This document shows positions 30,043 through 39,732 of a DNA stretch of 64,000 nt, piece by piece. A program made the position numbers and the translations under genes. The first letter of the stretch is position 1. Each line of letters begins with the position of its first letter. Source of the stretch: Candidatus Omnitrophota bacterium (lineage in GTDB: Bacteria > Omnitrophota > Gorgyraeia > Duberdicusellales > 4484-171); the NCBI GenBank assembly GCA_037146775.1, contig JBAWWL010000002.1:198554-262553 (forward strand), in the 5' to 3' direction. The notes beneath the pieces are model-generated. The model was not told the origin of the DNA. It worked only from the letters and a program-made list of their open reading frames with translations, and made no database searches.

Positions 30043-31089
30043 ATGATGTATAAAGCAAAAATGAGTGATTATAAACCGCGAGTTGAGAAAGGTGGCCAAA
30101 GACTTGGTGCGCCTTTCTTCGCGAGAATAGCGGTATTTTTAATCATAGGATTGGCATTAAGTATGGCTGTCTCCGGTCTTTATAAAAATCAGCGTCACGG
30201 AAAGGTTCGGCATACCATAGGCCGTAACTCGGAGAGAACTTTTGTATCGCCGGGACCTCGTCATAGAGAACAAAATGCACAATCCCTGCATCTGGCCGCG
30301 AAATCTTTAATAAATCAGGGCAGGTATCAAGAAGCAGAACGCCAAGCCCAAAAAGCTTTAAGCATTGATAACAGGTTTTACCGGGCATACATGGATTTAG
30401 GCGTTGTTTATTCAAGCTACGGCGATTATATAAAAGCAGAGAAAGCATTTAAGTCAGCGCTTGAATTTGTCGGTAATGATATTTTCGATCTTGAGATTAT
30501 TTACGCAGATTTTGGTCTGCTTTACTATGTTGAAAAAAGATTCGATGAAGCATGGGAATATTTGCGCAAAGCTTACGAAAGGAAAAATTATCTGGGGAAA
30601 AACTTTTGGGCTGATCACCGATTGATATATGTCGTCAAAAACGACAAAAACAAATTTATCGAACAGGCGATGAACGATAAAAAGCTTCCCCGCGAAATAT
30701 ATCAAAGGAAACAAAGAGTGAGCGCTTTTTTGGGAAGAAATAACGATGCAGCAATACGAGATTGTGAACAATTTATAACCGATAACCCCGGCTCCGTGTA
30801 TACGTATGTATTCCGCTCGATCATCGTAACGGCGCTGGAGAGAAAACAGGAGTATGAAAAAGCGCTTGATGAGCTCAGGTTGGTCGAGGCAGCAAATGTG
30901 CCGCCACACTATATTCCCTGGATAAAACATACCTATGCGTATATATACGATGCGAAAGGGGAAAAGCAAAGGGCCATTGATTATTTAAAAGATATTATTG
31001 CACATCATCCTGATTATGAATCGTTAGATAGAGTCAAAGAGAGATTGCATGAGTTGGAGGGTGAACATGGAGTCAAAAAAACCGACTAG
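30043..31089 (+). CDS. TPR-repeat protein with an N-terminal transmembrane anchor
   Basis: TM helix (AVFLIIGLALSMAVSGL) followed by several TPR-like units (AYMDLGVVYSSYGDYIKAEKAFKSALE...). Confidence 0.5.
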   Translation: MMYKAKMSDYKPRVEKGGQRLGAPFFARIAVFLIIGLALSMAVSGLYKNQRHGKVRHTIGRNSERTFVSPGPRHREQNAQSLHLAAKSLINQGRYQEAERQAQKALSIDNRFYRAYMDLGVVYSSYGDYIKAEKAFKSALEFVGNDIFDLEIIYADFGLLYYVEKRFDEAWEYLRKAYERKNYLGKNFWADHRLIYVVKNDKNKFIEQAMNDKKLPREIYQRKQRVSAFLGRNNDAAIRDCEQFITDNPGSVYTYVFRSIIVTALERKQEYEKALDELRLVEAANVPPHYIPWIKHTYAYIYDAKGEKQRAIDYLKDIIAHHPDYESLDRVKERLHELEGEHGVKKTD

Positions 31090-32182
31090 CCTGAAAGTCG
31101 CAGGCATAGCTGCAATTGTCTATGGCCTGGTTGTTGCCTGGTTAATCTTTGGTTTTATGTCGGGAGAAAGAGGACACGCTTCTTATGTACACTTTGCGCC
31201 GCTGGTGGCACTTTATATTATTGGGGGTATAGAGATATTATTTGTACGGAATTGGGCGAGAAAACTTCTGGTTTGGTCTTTTCCGATTTCCGTTTTTTTG
31301 CTGCTCATATTTTGTTTCGGCAGTGCGGGAATTACAAAAGGTTTAGCGCTTTTTGCCTTAGCCATGTTTGTGGTATGCATAAATCCTTTATTGGTTGGTC
31401 CGCCAGTAGTATTTTTAATCTATTTTTCCCGAAAGCAGGTGAAAAAAATTTTTCTTCAACAGAAACAAAATGCACCAACAACACAAAAACAATTACCTAC
31501 CACAGAAATCGCATTAATTGTATTAGTGAGCGCAGGAACGTATCTTTTCTTTTCTTCGATGCATTCAGCAGTTGTTGAACACGATCTTTGCAGGTTACGC
31601 GCTTCTGACTTTAGGCCGGCAGAGTTCCCCGGTGATTATAGGGTTATCGAGGTTATAGACGGCAAGACCCTGAAACTTTCAAACGGCGAGACCGTAAGTC
31701 TTGCAGGTGTTATGGCCCCCATGATCAAACTGAGAGGAGAAAAGAGAATGGGCCAAGATTTGGATCAGGTAGTTCGCATGGGCCGCGAATCAAAAAGGTT
31801 TGTCGAGGAATTGATAAAAGGTAAGAAAGTTAGTTTATCCTATGAAGATAAAAAACGAGATGACAATGGATATTTGTTAACTAAGGTGTATATCGTCGGG
31901 TTTACCAAAGATGAGATAGTAAAACTAATCGGCCGCGGCACCGTATCTTATGAATGTCTTATTGATGACAGTATGGATACATCCGGATTAAGCAGAAAAG
32001 AAAAATTGCAACATGCCAGTTTTCGGGTCGATCTCAACAACACCATATTAAGCTCAGGCTATGCCGTTACCTCAAGTGATGCTTCTGAGGAACAAAAGTC
32101 TTACTCCCAACAAGCGTGTGAGGACAAAATAGGATTATGGAAAAGAAACGACCTTGAGAGTATCATTTATGGAAAAAAATAG
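31049..32182 (+). CDS. Polytopic membrane protein with a C-terminal thermonuclease (SNase)-like domain
   Basis: About four N-terminal TM helices. VIEVIDGKTLKLSNGETVSLAGVMAP resembles the SNase motif (V.DGDT..v....vRL.GIDAPE). Confidence 0.4.
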   Translation: MSWRVNMESKKPTSLKVAGIAAIVYGLVVAWLIFGFMSGERGHASYVHFAPLVALYIIGGIEILFVRNWARKLLVWSFPISVFLLLIFCFGSAGITKGLALFALAMFVVCINPLLVGPPVVFLIYFSRKQVKKIFLQQKQNAPTTQKQLPTTEIALIVLVSAGTYLFFSSMHSAVVEHDLCRLRASDFRPAEFPGDYRVIEVIDGKTLKLSNGETVSLAGVMAPMIKLRGEKRMGQDLDQVVRMGRESKRFVEELIKGKKVSLSYEDKKRDDNGYLLTKVYIVGFTKDEIVKLIGRGTVSYECLIDDSMDTSGLSRKEKLQHASFRVDLNNTILSSGYAVTSSDASEEQKSYSQQACEDKIGLWKRNDLESIIYGKK

Positions 32183-32438
32183 CGATACTGCCCACGCCGC
32201 TCACTTTCATTACCCTTGCGAATGGGAATATCGGATTATCGGCCCTAGCGAACAGGCGCTTAAGTCCGCAGTATCGCAGATTTTCTGTACCAAGAAATGC
32301 GATTTGTCCTTTTCGCACAAAAGCAGTACCGGAAAATATATTTCTCTGATACTGAAAACAGTTGTTGAAAGCGAAAATGAGCGTAACAATATTTATATTG
32401 CATTACGTAAACACGCGGCCATAAAGAGCGTGCTATAA
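32154..32438 (+). CDS. DUF493 / YbeD-family small protein
   Basis: FHYPCEWEYRIIGPS and the C-terminal ...GKYISLILKTVVESENERNNIYIALRKHAAIKSVL align well by eye with E. coli YbeD (LEFPTPFTYKVMG ... [35 protein letters not shown]). Confidence 0.5.
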   Translation: MRVSFMEKNSDTAHAAHFHYPCEWEYRIIGPSEQALKSAVSQIFCTKKCDLSFSHKSSTGKYISLILKTVVESENERNNIYIALRKHAAIKSVL

Positions 32439-32481
32439 AAATATTTATAGTTAACGATAGTAATACATAGGGAGGTATCGT

Positions 32482-33723
32482 ATGAAACATTCTTTTGGAG
32501 TTAAGCAATTTAGCTCAGGCTCCTGCTATTCTTATATTATTTCATCAGAAAACCAAGCCTTAATCATTGACCCGCATATCAGTTTATTTACAGAATATAG
32601 CGGCTATTTGAAAAAAAATAAATTACAACCCGTGTACGTTCTTGATACCCATACCCACGCAGACCATTTTTCTCTCGCCGCAGTGTTAAAGAAAGAATTT
32701 AAAGTTCCGGTATTAATGTATCAGAAGGCCATCTCAGAGGTAGTTAGCCGGCGCCTCAACGACAACGAAGAAATCAAGCTTGGGGCAGGTAGTTTCAAAG
32801 TTTTATACTCCCCGGGCCACACCGACGATTCCGTAAGTATCTATTGCACAGGTATGTTATTTACCGGTGATGTGCTTTTGATCGGCAGTGTCGGCCGGAC
32901 AGACTTCCAAAACGGTTCCCCTGAATCTATGTGTGATACTCTAGAGAGGTTAAAAACTTTGCCGCAAGAGACAATACTATACCCCGGTCACGATTATCAT
33001 GGTATGCGTTCTTCTGTATTGCGCAAAGAGAAGGAAATCAATCCTTTCTTGCGTGAGACAAATAGAGAAGCGTTTGTCAAAAATATGCGCGCTAAAATTA
33101 TACCTAAACCATTCAATATCGATAATATCGTTCGCGTAAACCAGAAAGGCGAGGCCGTATCCTTAGAGATGATCTCGCCTCGCAACGCGCAAGAGTTGCG
33201 CGTCAAAGATGCAAGTGTAAAGTTTTTGGATGTACGCTCTGCATTGGAATTTACTCAAGTTCATATTAAAGATTCCGTGAATGTCCCCATTGATCTGCTC
33301 ACGGCAAAATTAAACGAACTTTCTAACCAAAAGCAAACCTATATTGTATTCTGCCGTACCGGCAACCGTTCTCCTATGGCCGCGGACATGCTTATGCAGT
33401 CGGGGATCCATCCGGTAAAAATAATGAGCGGCGGCATTACCCGTTGGCAAAAAGAAAAACTGCCTGTCATAAAAGGAGAAGGCGGGATGTCCTTAGAACG
33501 GCAAGTACGAGCTATTGCGGGAAGCCTGGTCTTGCTTGGAATACTATTGTCTTGGTTTATCCACCCCTGGTTTATTGGTATTTCTATTTTTGTTGCCTGT
33601 GGGCTTATGTATGCGGGATTAACCGATAATTGTTTGATGGGAATGTTACTGATGAAACTTCCTTACAACAAAAAATTATACAAAACAAAATTAGGCGGCG
33701 GAACATGTTCCGTGGGTAACTAA
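32482..33723 (+). CDS. Fusion of a metallo-beta-lactamase-fold persulfide-dioxygenase-like domain, a rhodanese domain and a C-terminal DUF2892 (YgaP-like) TM domain
   Basis: LDTHTHADH metal-binding motif. Rhodanese active-site loop CRTGNRS. Two C-terminal TM helices with a conserved Cys (FVACGLMYAGLTDNC). Confidence 0.65.
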   Translation: MKHSFGVKQFSSGSCYSYIISSENQALIIDPHISLFTEYSGYLKKNKLQPVYVLDTHTHADHFSLAAVLKKEFKVPVLMYQKAISEVVSRRLNDNEEIKLGAGSFKVLYSPGHTDDSVSIYCTGMLFTGDVLLIGSVGRTDFQNGSPESMCDTLERLKTLPQETILYPGHDYHGMRSSVLRKEKEINPFLRETNREAFVKNMRAKIIPKPFNIDNIVRVNQKGEAVSLEMISPRNAQELRVKDASVKFLDVRSALEFTQVHIKDSVNVPIDLLTAKLNELSNQKQTYIVFCRTGNRSPMAADMLMQSGIHPVKIMSGGITRWQKEKLPVIKGEGGMSLERQVRAIAGSLVLLGILLSWFIHPWFIGISIFVACGLMYAGLTDNCLMGMLLMKLPYNKKLYKTKLGGGTCSVGN

Positions 33724-33761
33724 AAAATGTAATAACGTGATTCGAGAATCATTTACGCGCT

Positions 33762-34055
33762 ATGCCGGTATACATAATAATCGAAATCAAGATCAAAGAT
33801 AAAAAACCGTATCTTAAGTACATTGCGCAGGTCCGTTCTATAGTGGAGAAATATAAAGGCCGTTACCTGGTGCGAGGCGGCAAGATTACCCCGCTTTTTA
33901 ATAGTTGGAATCCTGAGAGGATCATTGTTATTGAATTTCCTTCCAGCCAGGACGTGAGCTGCTGGTTGAACTCCCCGGAATATAAAGCGATCGCTGGATT
34001 ACGGCAAGATTCTACCGTAACTAAAGCGATTATGGTTGAAGGCTGCGATAGGTAG
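33762..34055 (+). CDS. DUF1330 family protein
   Basis: MPVYIIIEIKIKD...YLVRGG is typical of the DUF1330 family, which has a dimeric alpha/beta-barrel fold. Confidence 0.5.
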   Translation: MPVYIIIEIKIKDKKPYLKYIAQVRSIVEKYKGRYLVRGGKITPLFNSWNPERIIVIEFPSSQDVSCWLNSPEYKAIAGLRQDSTVTKAIMVEGCDR

Positions 34056-34145
34056 GCATTTTCAGGCAGCTGCAAGTTTGATTGTATTTTTTCTTTCTCG
34101 CAGTACAATATATTCGTAAAGGGAGCCGGCAATAAGGAGGAGAAT

Positions 34146-34493
34146 ATGAAATGTCCGATGTATGTTGATTATACACGAGGGTGTCTTGAAAAAATAGACT
34201 TCCTGCCGCAGAATACTCTTGCCTATTGTGAAACAGCCAAGCACAAAGAATGCCCATTTTATAGAACTTTAAATAACGTAGGTTTGTGCTGCGAATATAT
34301 TCGAACATGCGCCGCCTATAAGCATTTTGGTATACATGATTTTGAACAGTTTGTAAAAACAGCGAAAGAGTATTGTCTTTCCGAAAACAATCTTAAGTGT
34401 GAACGGTTTAAGCTTAAGAAAGCCGGTAAAACCGTTTCGGAAGTGCTGCTCCCGGACGGAAATACCATAGAAAAGAGGCGCAGGCAAGATTAG
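34146..34493 (+). CDS. Small Cys-rich hypothetical protein
   Basis: Ten cysteines in 115 aa (CPMYVDYTRGC...CETAKHKECPFY...LCCEYIRTC). SD AGGAGGAG upstream. Confidence 0.3.
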   Translation: MKCPMYVDYTRGCLEKIDFLPQNTLAYCETAKHKECPFYRTLNNVGLCCEYIRTCAAYKHFGIHDFEQFVKTAKEYCLSENNLKCERFKLKKAGKTVSEVLLPDGNTIEKRRRQD

Positions 34494-34781
34494 AAAGTAT
34501 TCTTCTTCGGCTCATCCGCACGCAGCATATTCTTCCACAAAAGAATTACTTCCCAGAAAGAAACCGCTCATTTCTCGAAACTTTCAGTAGAAAAATCGAA
34601 GTAGTTCAAGATATTCCATGATCGCTAGTTGCATTTTTCTGTCTTCTATTTTATAATTTATATATTTGCAAGACTAAGAAAGTACGTAGTATATAGTACA
34701 GCGTATATAGTATGGAATTGATTGTGTATCTTCGCGATATACGATATACGATGTACTCCTTTTGTTAAGTAAGGTAAAAAA

Positions 34782-36206
34782 ATGACTAAAAATCAAATCT
34801 GGATTCTTGGCGGGGTCGCTTTCTACATGCTTGCGATGCTGCTTATTGGATACTGGGCAAGCAAAAGGGTGAAGAACGCCAGAGATTATATAGTTGCCGG
34901 CGGAAGGCTTGGCTGGATGCTTTCTGTCGGTACTATCTTTGCGACATGGTTTGGCGCGGAAACCTGCATGGGTTCTTCCGGTACTGCTTTTAAAAAAGGA
35001 ATCCTTGGTGTCATCGTCGATCCTTTCGGTGCAGGGCTTTGTCTTATCATATCGGGGTTATTCTTCGCGAAATATTTTCGCAAGCTAAACATCGAAACAA
35101 TCGTTGATTATTTCGAAATGCGTTACGGCAAGCGTGTATCTTGGTTTTTGGGGCTTATTTATATCCCTGTATATTTAGGCTGGATAGGTGCACAACTTCT
35201 TGCTTTTGGTTATATCCTGAATTCACTTACCGGACTTTCTCTCGTGATTTCTATTTTGATTTCGACGGCAGTAGTTATCATCTATACGTATTCCGGCGGC
35301 ATGTGGGCGGATACTATGACTGATTTATTCCAAGGCATCTTGCTCATTGTCGGGCTTCTGATTCTATTTCCGATTTTAATAAAAGACATAGGTGGGTTGG
35401 CGTTTGCGAAAGCAAACACACCCCGGGAATTTCTATATTTTTATCCGCATAGTACCTCAAGGCTTGATTGGTTAAATTATTTTCAGGCGTGGATCATTGT
35501 CGGATTAGGGTCTTTACCGGCGCAGGATCTGTTCCAGCGTACCATGGCGGCGAAGAGTGCAAAAGTAGCCAAGTGGGCGTCAATCCTTTCGGGAGTTTTA
35601 TATATCGTTATCGGTCTTATGCCGGTATTTCTTGGCATATTCGGCCGGCTGGCGTTTAAAGAAAGCTCAGGAGAAAATATACTTATCGAATTATCGTTGC
35701 GTTATCTTTCCGCGCCACTGGTGGCTTTGATGGTGGGCGCGCTTTTATCTGCCATCATGAGCAGTGCGGACAGCGCGCTCCTGGCACCCGCGAGTATCAT
35801 CGGGCACAATATCATCCCTTCCTTGAAACCAGACGCGAGCGAAGAGTTGCAGCTTAAATGGTGCAAACTGGGCGTGCCGCTTTTAGCTGTGCTTTCTCTT
35901 GCGCTTGCGCTTTATTTCAAAAATATCTATAAACTTTGCCAGGAATCATGGGGAGTGCTGCTTGTTGGTCTTGTCGCACCGATGATTGCAGGCGTTTATT
36001 GGAAGAAAGCAAATACTCAAGGCGCTATAGCCGGAGCAATAGGCGGCGTGGTGGCATGGATACTGTTTAAAATTTTTACTCCGGAAAATTTTCCGCATAA
36101 TTTATTTGGATTTGCCGTTTCCTGCGCCGTACTATGCGTTGTCAGTCTGCTCACACAAAAGACAAAAAGTTTACTTGAGGTAACAGAAAAAAGCGTGTTG
36201 CGGTGA
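34782..36206 (+). CDS. Sodium:solute symporter family (SSF) transporter
   Basis: The N-terminal ...DYIVAGGRLGWMLSVGTIFATWFGAETCMGSSG and 13 predicted TM helices are typical of SSF. Confidence 0.7.
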   Translation: MTKNQIWILGGVAFYMLAMLLIGYWASKRVKNARDYIVAGGRLGWMLSVGTIFATWFGAETCMGSSGTAFKKGILGVIVDPFGAGLCLIISGLFFAKYFRKLNIETIVDYFEMRYGKRVSWFLGLIYIPVYLGWIGAQLLAFGYILNSLTGLSLVISILISTAVVIIYTYSGGMWADTMTDLFQGILLIVGLLILFPILIKDIGGLAFAKANTPREFLYFYPHSTSRLDWLNYFQAWIIVGLGSLPAQDLFQRTMAAKSAKVAKWASILSGVLYIVIGLMPVFLGIFGRLAFKESSGENILIELSLRYLSAPLVALMVGALLSAIMSSADSALLAPASIIGHNIIPSLKPDASEELQLKWCKLGVPLLAVLSLALALYFKNIYKLCQESWGVLLVGLVAPMIAGVYWKKANTQGAIAGAIGGVVAWILFKIFTPENFPHNLFGFAVSCAVLCVVSLLTQKTKSLLEVTEKSVLR

Positions 36207-36394
36207 TCTCGGAATAATCATTCTTTTGATTACTGGCTAATGAGATTGATTCCTATACTTGGCCTCTATTTTATGGTAATATTATTGATGTAGCAACACC
36301 GCTTGAAATCTAAAAATCCTTTAAGTTTAATCGAAGCATAAAAATTACCGGCCTCTAGGCCCGGGAAATCCATACTAAAAAAATAAAGGCAGGC

Positions 36395-37522
36395 ATGTCC
36401 TCAGAAAAAATTATCTTTGACTATTCCACGCCAAAAACATTGCATCTTAAATTGCAGGGTGATTGGCGGATTACTTCAGGTCTTCCGGCAGTTACACGCA
36501 TTACTTCCGAGCTCAAAGTTCGCAAAGACATCAGCCAGATTACTTTCGATATGTTACAGATGCAGGAGTGGGATAGCGGGTTTGTGTCTTTCCTGTTACA
36601 GCTGTTTAGGGAATGCGAACATAAGAATATTCATATTGCTCGCGAGGGGCTTTCCCAGGGAGCGCAAAAACTGCTTACTCTCGCGTTGGTGGTGCATGAA
36701 AAAAACCTATCTCGTCAAAAAACTCGTGAGCCTTTTTTCGGAAGGGTCACGGATCGTGTTACAAAGACGGAAGAAAATATACGCTTCTTGCTTCATTTTT
36801 TAGGTGAGATTGCTGTTTCTTTTGGCCGCCTGCTGGTGGGTAAAGCTTATTTTCGTTGGGATGAATTTGTTTATATCGTGCAGAGATGCGGAATTGACGC
36901 GCTGCCCTTAGTTTCTTTGATTAGTATGTTGGTGGGCATGATTCTTGCTTTTATCGGAGCCATACAGCTCAAATTATTTGGGGTTCAGATTTTTATCGCT
37001 GACATCGTTGGAATTGCCGCGGTACGCGTAATGGGGGCGGTTATGACCGGTATTCTTATGTCAGGCCGTACCGGAGCTTCGTTCGCGGCGGAGCTCGGGA
37101 TTATGCAGGTGAACGAAGAAATCGACGCGCTTAAAACTTTAGGAGTTTCTCCGATTGATTTTTTAGTCCTGCCGCGTATCTTGGCTTTAGTTGTCATGAT
37201 GCCGCTTTTAACTCTCTATGCCGATCTGATGGGTATCGTGGGCGGTTTTGTTGTCAGTACCGGTATGCTTGGCCTTAATCCGGTAGAATATTTAACGCAC
37301 ACTCATGATGCAATAAAGATCAGTTATCTGTGGGTGGGGCTTGTGCATAGTTTTGTTTTTGGCATCATTATCGCGATTACCGGATGCCTTCGCGGAATTA
37401 AATGTGAGCGTAATGCTGCTGCAGTGGGAGAAGCGACCACCTCGGCGGTGGTTTCCGGGATTACCGCCATAGTGATTGCTACTGCAATTATTACCTTTGT
37501 GTGCCAGGTTTTAGGAGTGTAG
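36395..37522 (+). CDS. MlaE-family ABC permease with an N-terminal STAS (MlaB-like) domain fused
   Basis: An N-terminal ~120 aa STAS-like region. The C-terminal part is an MlaE/YrbE-type permease (DUF140). Confidence 0.65.
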   Translation: MSSEKIIFDYSTPKTLHLKLQGDWRITSGLPAVTRITSELKVRKDISQITFDMLQMQEWDSGFVSFLLQLFRECEHKNIHIAREGLSQGAQKLLTLALVVHEKNLSRQKTREPFFGRVTDRVTKTEENIRFLLHFLGEIAVSFGRLLVGKAYFRWDEFVYIVQRCGIDALPLVSLISMLVGMILAFIGAIQLKLFGVQIFIADIVGIAAVRVMGAVMTGILMSGRTGASFAAELGIMQVNEEIDALKTLGVSPIDFLVLPRILALVVMMPLLTLYADLMGIVGGFVVSTGMLGLNPVEYLTHTHDAIKISYLWVGLVHSFVFGIIIAITGCLRGIKCERNAAAVGEATTSAVVSGITAIVIATAIITFVCQVLGV

Positions 37523-38293
37523 TTGATGGAAGCGACACCGATTATCCAAGTGACTAATCTTGATTTAAGCTACGATGATTATGTAGTGATGCGTAATCTT
37601 TCTTTTTCTGTGTATAGTGGCGACATTTTTATTGTTATGGGCGCAAGCGGCTGCGGCAAGAGCACGTTACTGAAAGCTCTTATTGGGCTTCAGGCTCCAG
37701 TCGGAGGAGAGGTTTTGTACAGCGGCAAGAATTTTTGGCAAGTGCAAGAGCAGGAACAACTGGCTATTATGCGCCGCTTCGGAGTCCTGTATCAAGGCGG
37801 TGCGCTGTGGAGTTCTTTGACTTTGGCCGAGAATGTTGCGCTTCCTCTACGGCTATACTCACATTTATCTTCCGAGCAAATACGGGAAGTGGTGGCGTTG
37901 AAGCTTTCGCTGGTAGGGCTTGGAGGTTACGAAGATTTTTATCCTTCAGACATAAGCGGAGGCATGCGTAAACGTGCCGGCCTTGCGCGGGCCATCGCGC
38001 TTGATCCGGATATCATATTTTTTGATGAGCCATCGGCCGGCCTTGATCCGGTAAGTGCGCGCCTTTTGGATGATTTGATTTTGCAGCTTAGGGACACCCT
38101 AGGCGCGACAATCGTGATTGTCACACATGAGCTCGCCAGTATTTTTACCGTGGGTAATAACGCGATATTTCTTGATGCGGAAAGTAAGACCATGATTGCT
38201 TCCGGCAATCCAAGGGATTTATTGGCTCATTCCAAAGATCCCAGGGTCATTCAGTTCTTAACCAGAGGAGAGAAACAAGGAGTTGGAAGATGA
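37523..38293 (+). CDS. MlaF-like ABC transporter ATP-binding protein
   Basis: Walker A GASGCGKST, signature ISGGMRKRAGLARA, Walker B IIFFDEPSAGLD. 1-bp gap after the MlaE gene. Confidence 0.8.
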   Translation: MMEATPIIQVTNLDLSYDDYVVMRNLSFSVYSGDIFIVMGASGCGKSTLLKALIGLQAPVGGEVLYSGKNFWQVQEQEQLAIMRRFGVLYQGGALWSSLTLAENVALPLRLYSHLSSEQIREVVALKLSLVGLGGYEDFYPSDISGGMRKRAGLARAIALDPDIIFFDEPSAGLDPVSARLLDDLILQLRDTLGATIVIVTHELASIFTVGNNAIFLDAESKTMIASGNPRDLLAHSKDPRVIQFLTRGEKQGVGR

Positions 38294-38994
38294 GTAGAAA
38301 AGCGAACAAAACGGCGATAGGTATGTTTGTGGTAGGGGCGACAGCGCTGCTTGTCGTAGCCATCTTGGCTTTTGGTTCAGGAGCGTTTTTAAAAAAGTCC
38401 GATAAGTATGTTTTATTTTTTGACGGCTCTATCCAGGGCCTGTCTGTGGGCGCGCCGGTAATCTTCCGGGGAGTCAAGATCGGCAATGTTGCCGAAATTA
38501 GCCTGCTGTATGACCCGAAGAGCAAAGAAATCTTAATTCCTGTAGTTGTGGATGTGGAGCTTGCCCGCGTGAAAGGCGCTCCCGAGACATTCGGTTACGC
38601 CAGTTACGAGCAATTCATCCAGGAGGGCCTGCGTGGCCGGCTTGAGGTGGAGAATTTTATCACCGGTCAACTTATGCTTTCTTTTGATTTTTATCCGGAT
38701 AGGCCGGCAAAAATATACGATATTGAAACCGCATATCCGGAGTTGCCCGCGCTTCCTATATCGCCGGATATTTTTAAAGTCATGCGGGATATTCCTATCA
38801 AAGAAATTTCGGATAATTTAGAGCAAGTTGTCGCGGGGATCAATAAATTGATCAGCTCGGACGGTTTTTACGGAGTTAACAGCACGCTTCAGGAAGTTTC
38901 TCAGACCGCGCGTTCTTTGCGTTTGTTCGTGGAATATCTCGAGCAGCATCCGGAAGCATTTTTGAAAGGGAAACCAAATTCTAAAGGAGAGTAA
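38290..38994 (+). CDS. MlaD/PqiB-like MCE-domain protein
   Basis: N-terminal TM anchor then an MCE domain (FDGSIQGLSVGAPVIFRGVKIGNVAEISL). Confidence 0.7.
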   Translation: MSRKANKTAIGMFVVGATALLVVAILAFGSGAFLKKSDKYVLFFDGSIQGLSVGAPVIFRGVKIGNVAEISLLYDPKSKEILIPVVVDVELARVKGAPETFGYASYEQFIQEGLRGRLEVENFITGQLMLSFDFYPDRPAKIYDIETAYPELPALPISPDIFKVMRDIPIKEISDNLEQVVAGINKLISSDGFYGVNSTLQEVSQTARSLRLFVEYLEQHPEAFLKGKPNSKGE

Positions 38995-38995
38995 T

Positions 38996-39655
38996 ATGAA
39001 GCAGAAAAGTTTTGTTTTTTGTGCGGGTGTAGTTTGTGTATTTTTTGTTTTGGCCTTGTATGGATGTATCTCTGTTGCTAATAGTCAAACGCCGCGATTT
39101 TATACGCTTCGTGCCATCGCTGACGACCAAGTAAGTAAAAAATTCAACATTTCTTCCCAAGTGATTATCGGTATAGGCCCGGTCGAAATTCCGGAATATC
39201 TTAATCGGCCGCACATGGTGACTCAGAATAAAGACCGGACGCTTAACTTTGCTCAGTTTGATCGCTGGGGAGAGTCTCTCGACCTTGCTTTCAAGCGCCT
39301 GGTTCACGAAGACTTAAGTGCCATGATCGGTGGAGCAACCTTACAGATGTTTCCCTGGAGTTTTGCTATTCCGGTCAAATATCAGGTGGTTGTGAGTGTC
39401 ATGCAATTAGAAAGCGCGCTTGATAAGGACCTGTTCTTTGTAGCGCAATGGTCGATTATCGATTTGGAAAGAAAAGAAATGGTTTTTACCAAAAGGTCAC
39501 AGTTTCGTCAAGCTATTAACCCCCATTCGTACGCTGGTTTAGCCCAAGCGCTCAGTGAGGTGTGTGTATCGCTTAGTAGTGAGATTGCCGAGGAGCTTGC
39601 TTCGCAAGCAGTTAACACTAATACCAGGAAAAAGAACCCTGCATCCAGAAGATAA
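38996..39655 (+). CDS. Lipoprotein, probable ABC-transport auxiliary component (PqiC/DUF330-like)
   Basis: Lipobox LYGC. Position directly after the MCE gene. Confidence 0.45.
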   Translation: MKQKSFVFCAGVVCVFFVLALYGCISVANSQTPRFYTLRAIADDQVSKKFNISSQVIIGIGPVEIPEYLNRPHMVTQNKDRTLNFAQFDRWGESLDLAFKRLVHEDLSAMIGGATLQMFPWSFAIPVKYQVVVSVMQLESALDKDLFFVAQWSIIDLERKEMVFTKRSQFRQAINPHSYAGLAQALSEVCVSLSSEIAEELASQAVNTNTRKKNPASRR

Positions 39656-39732
39656 GTTTATTTTTTCTTCAAGATAGATGCGTGCTGGCCTTATATATAG
39701 GAAAGAGAAATATTAGCCATTCCCGCCAAAAG

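Noticed and set aside
36417-36803. 128-aa + strand ORF in alternative frame
   Set aside because: It is entirely nested within the STAS-MlaE gene in another frame. Its Cys/Arg-rich composition is typical of an out-of-frame artefact.
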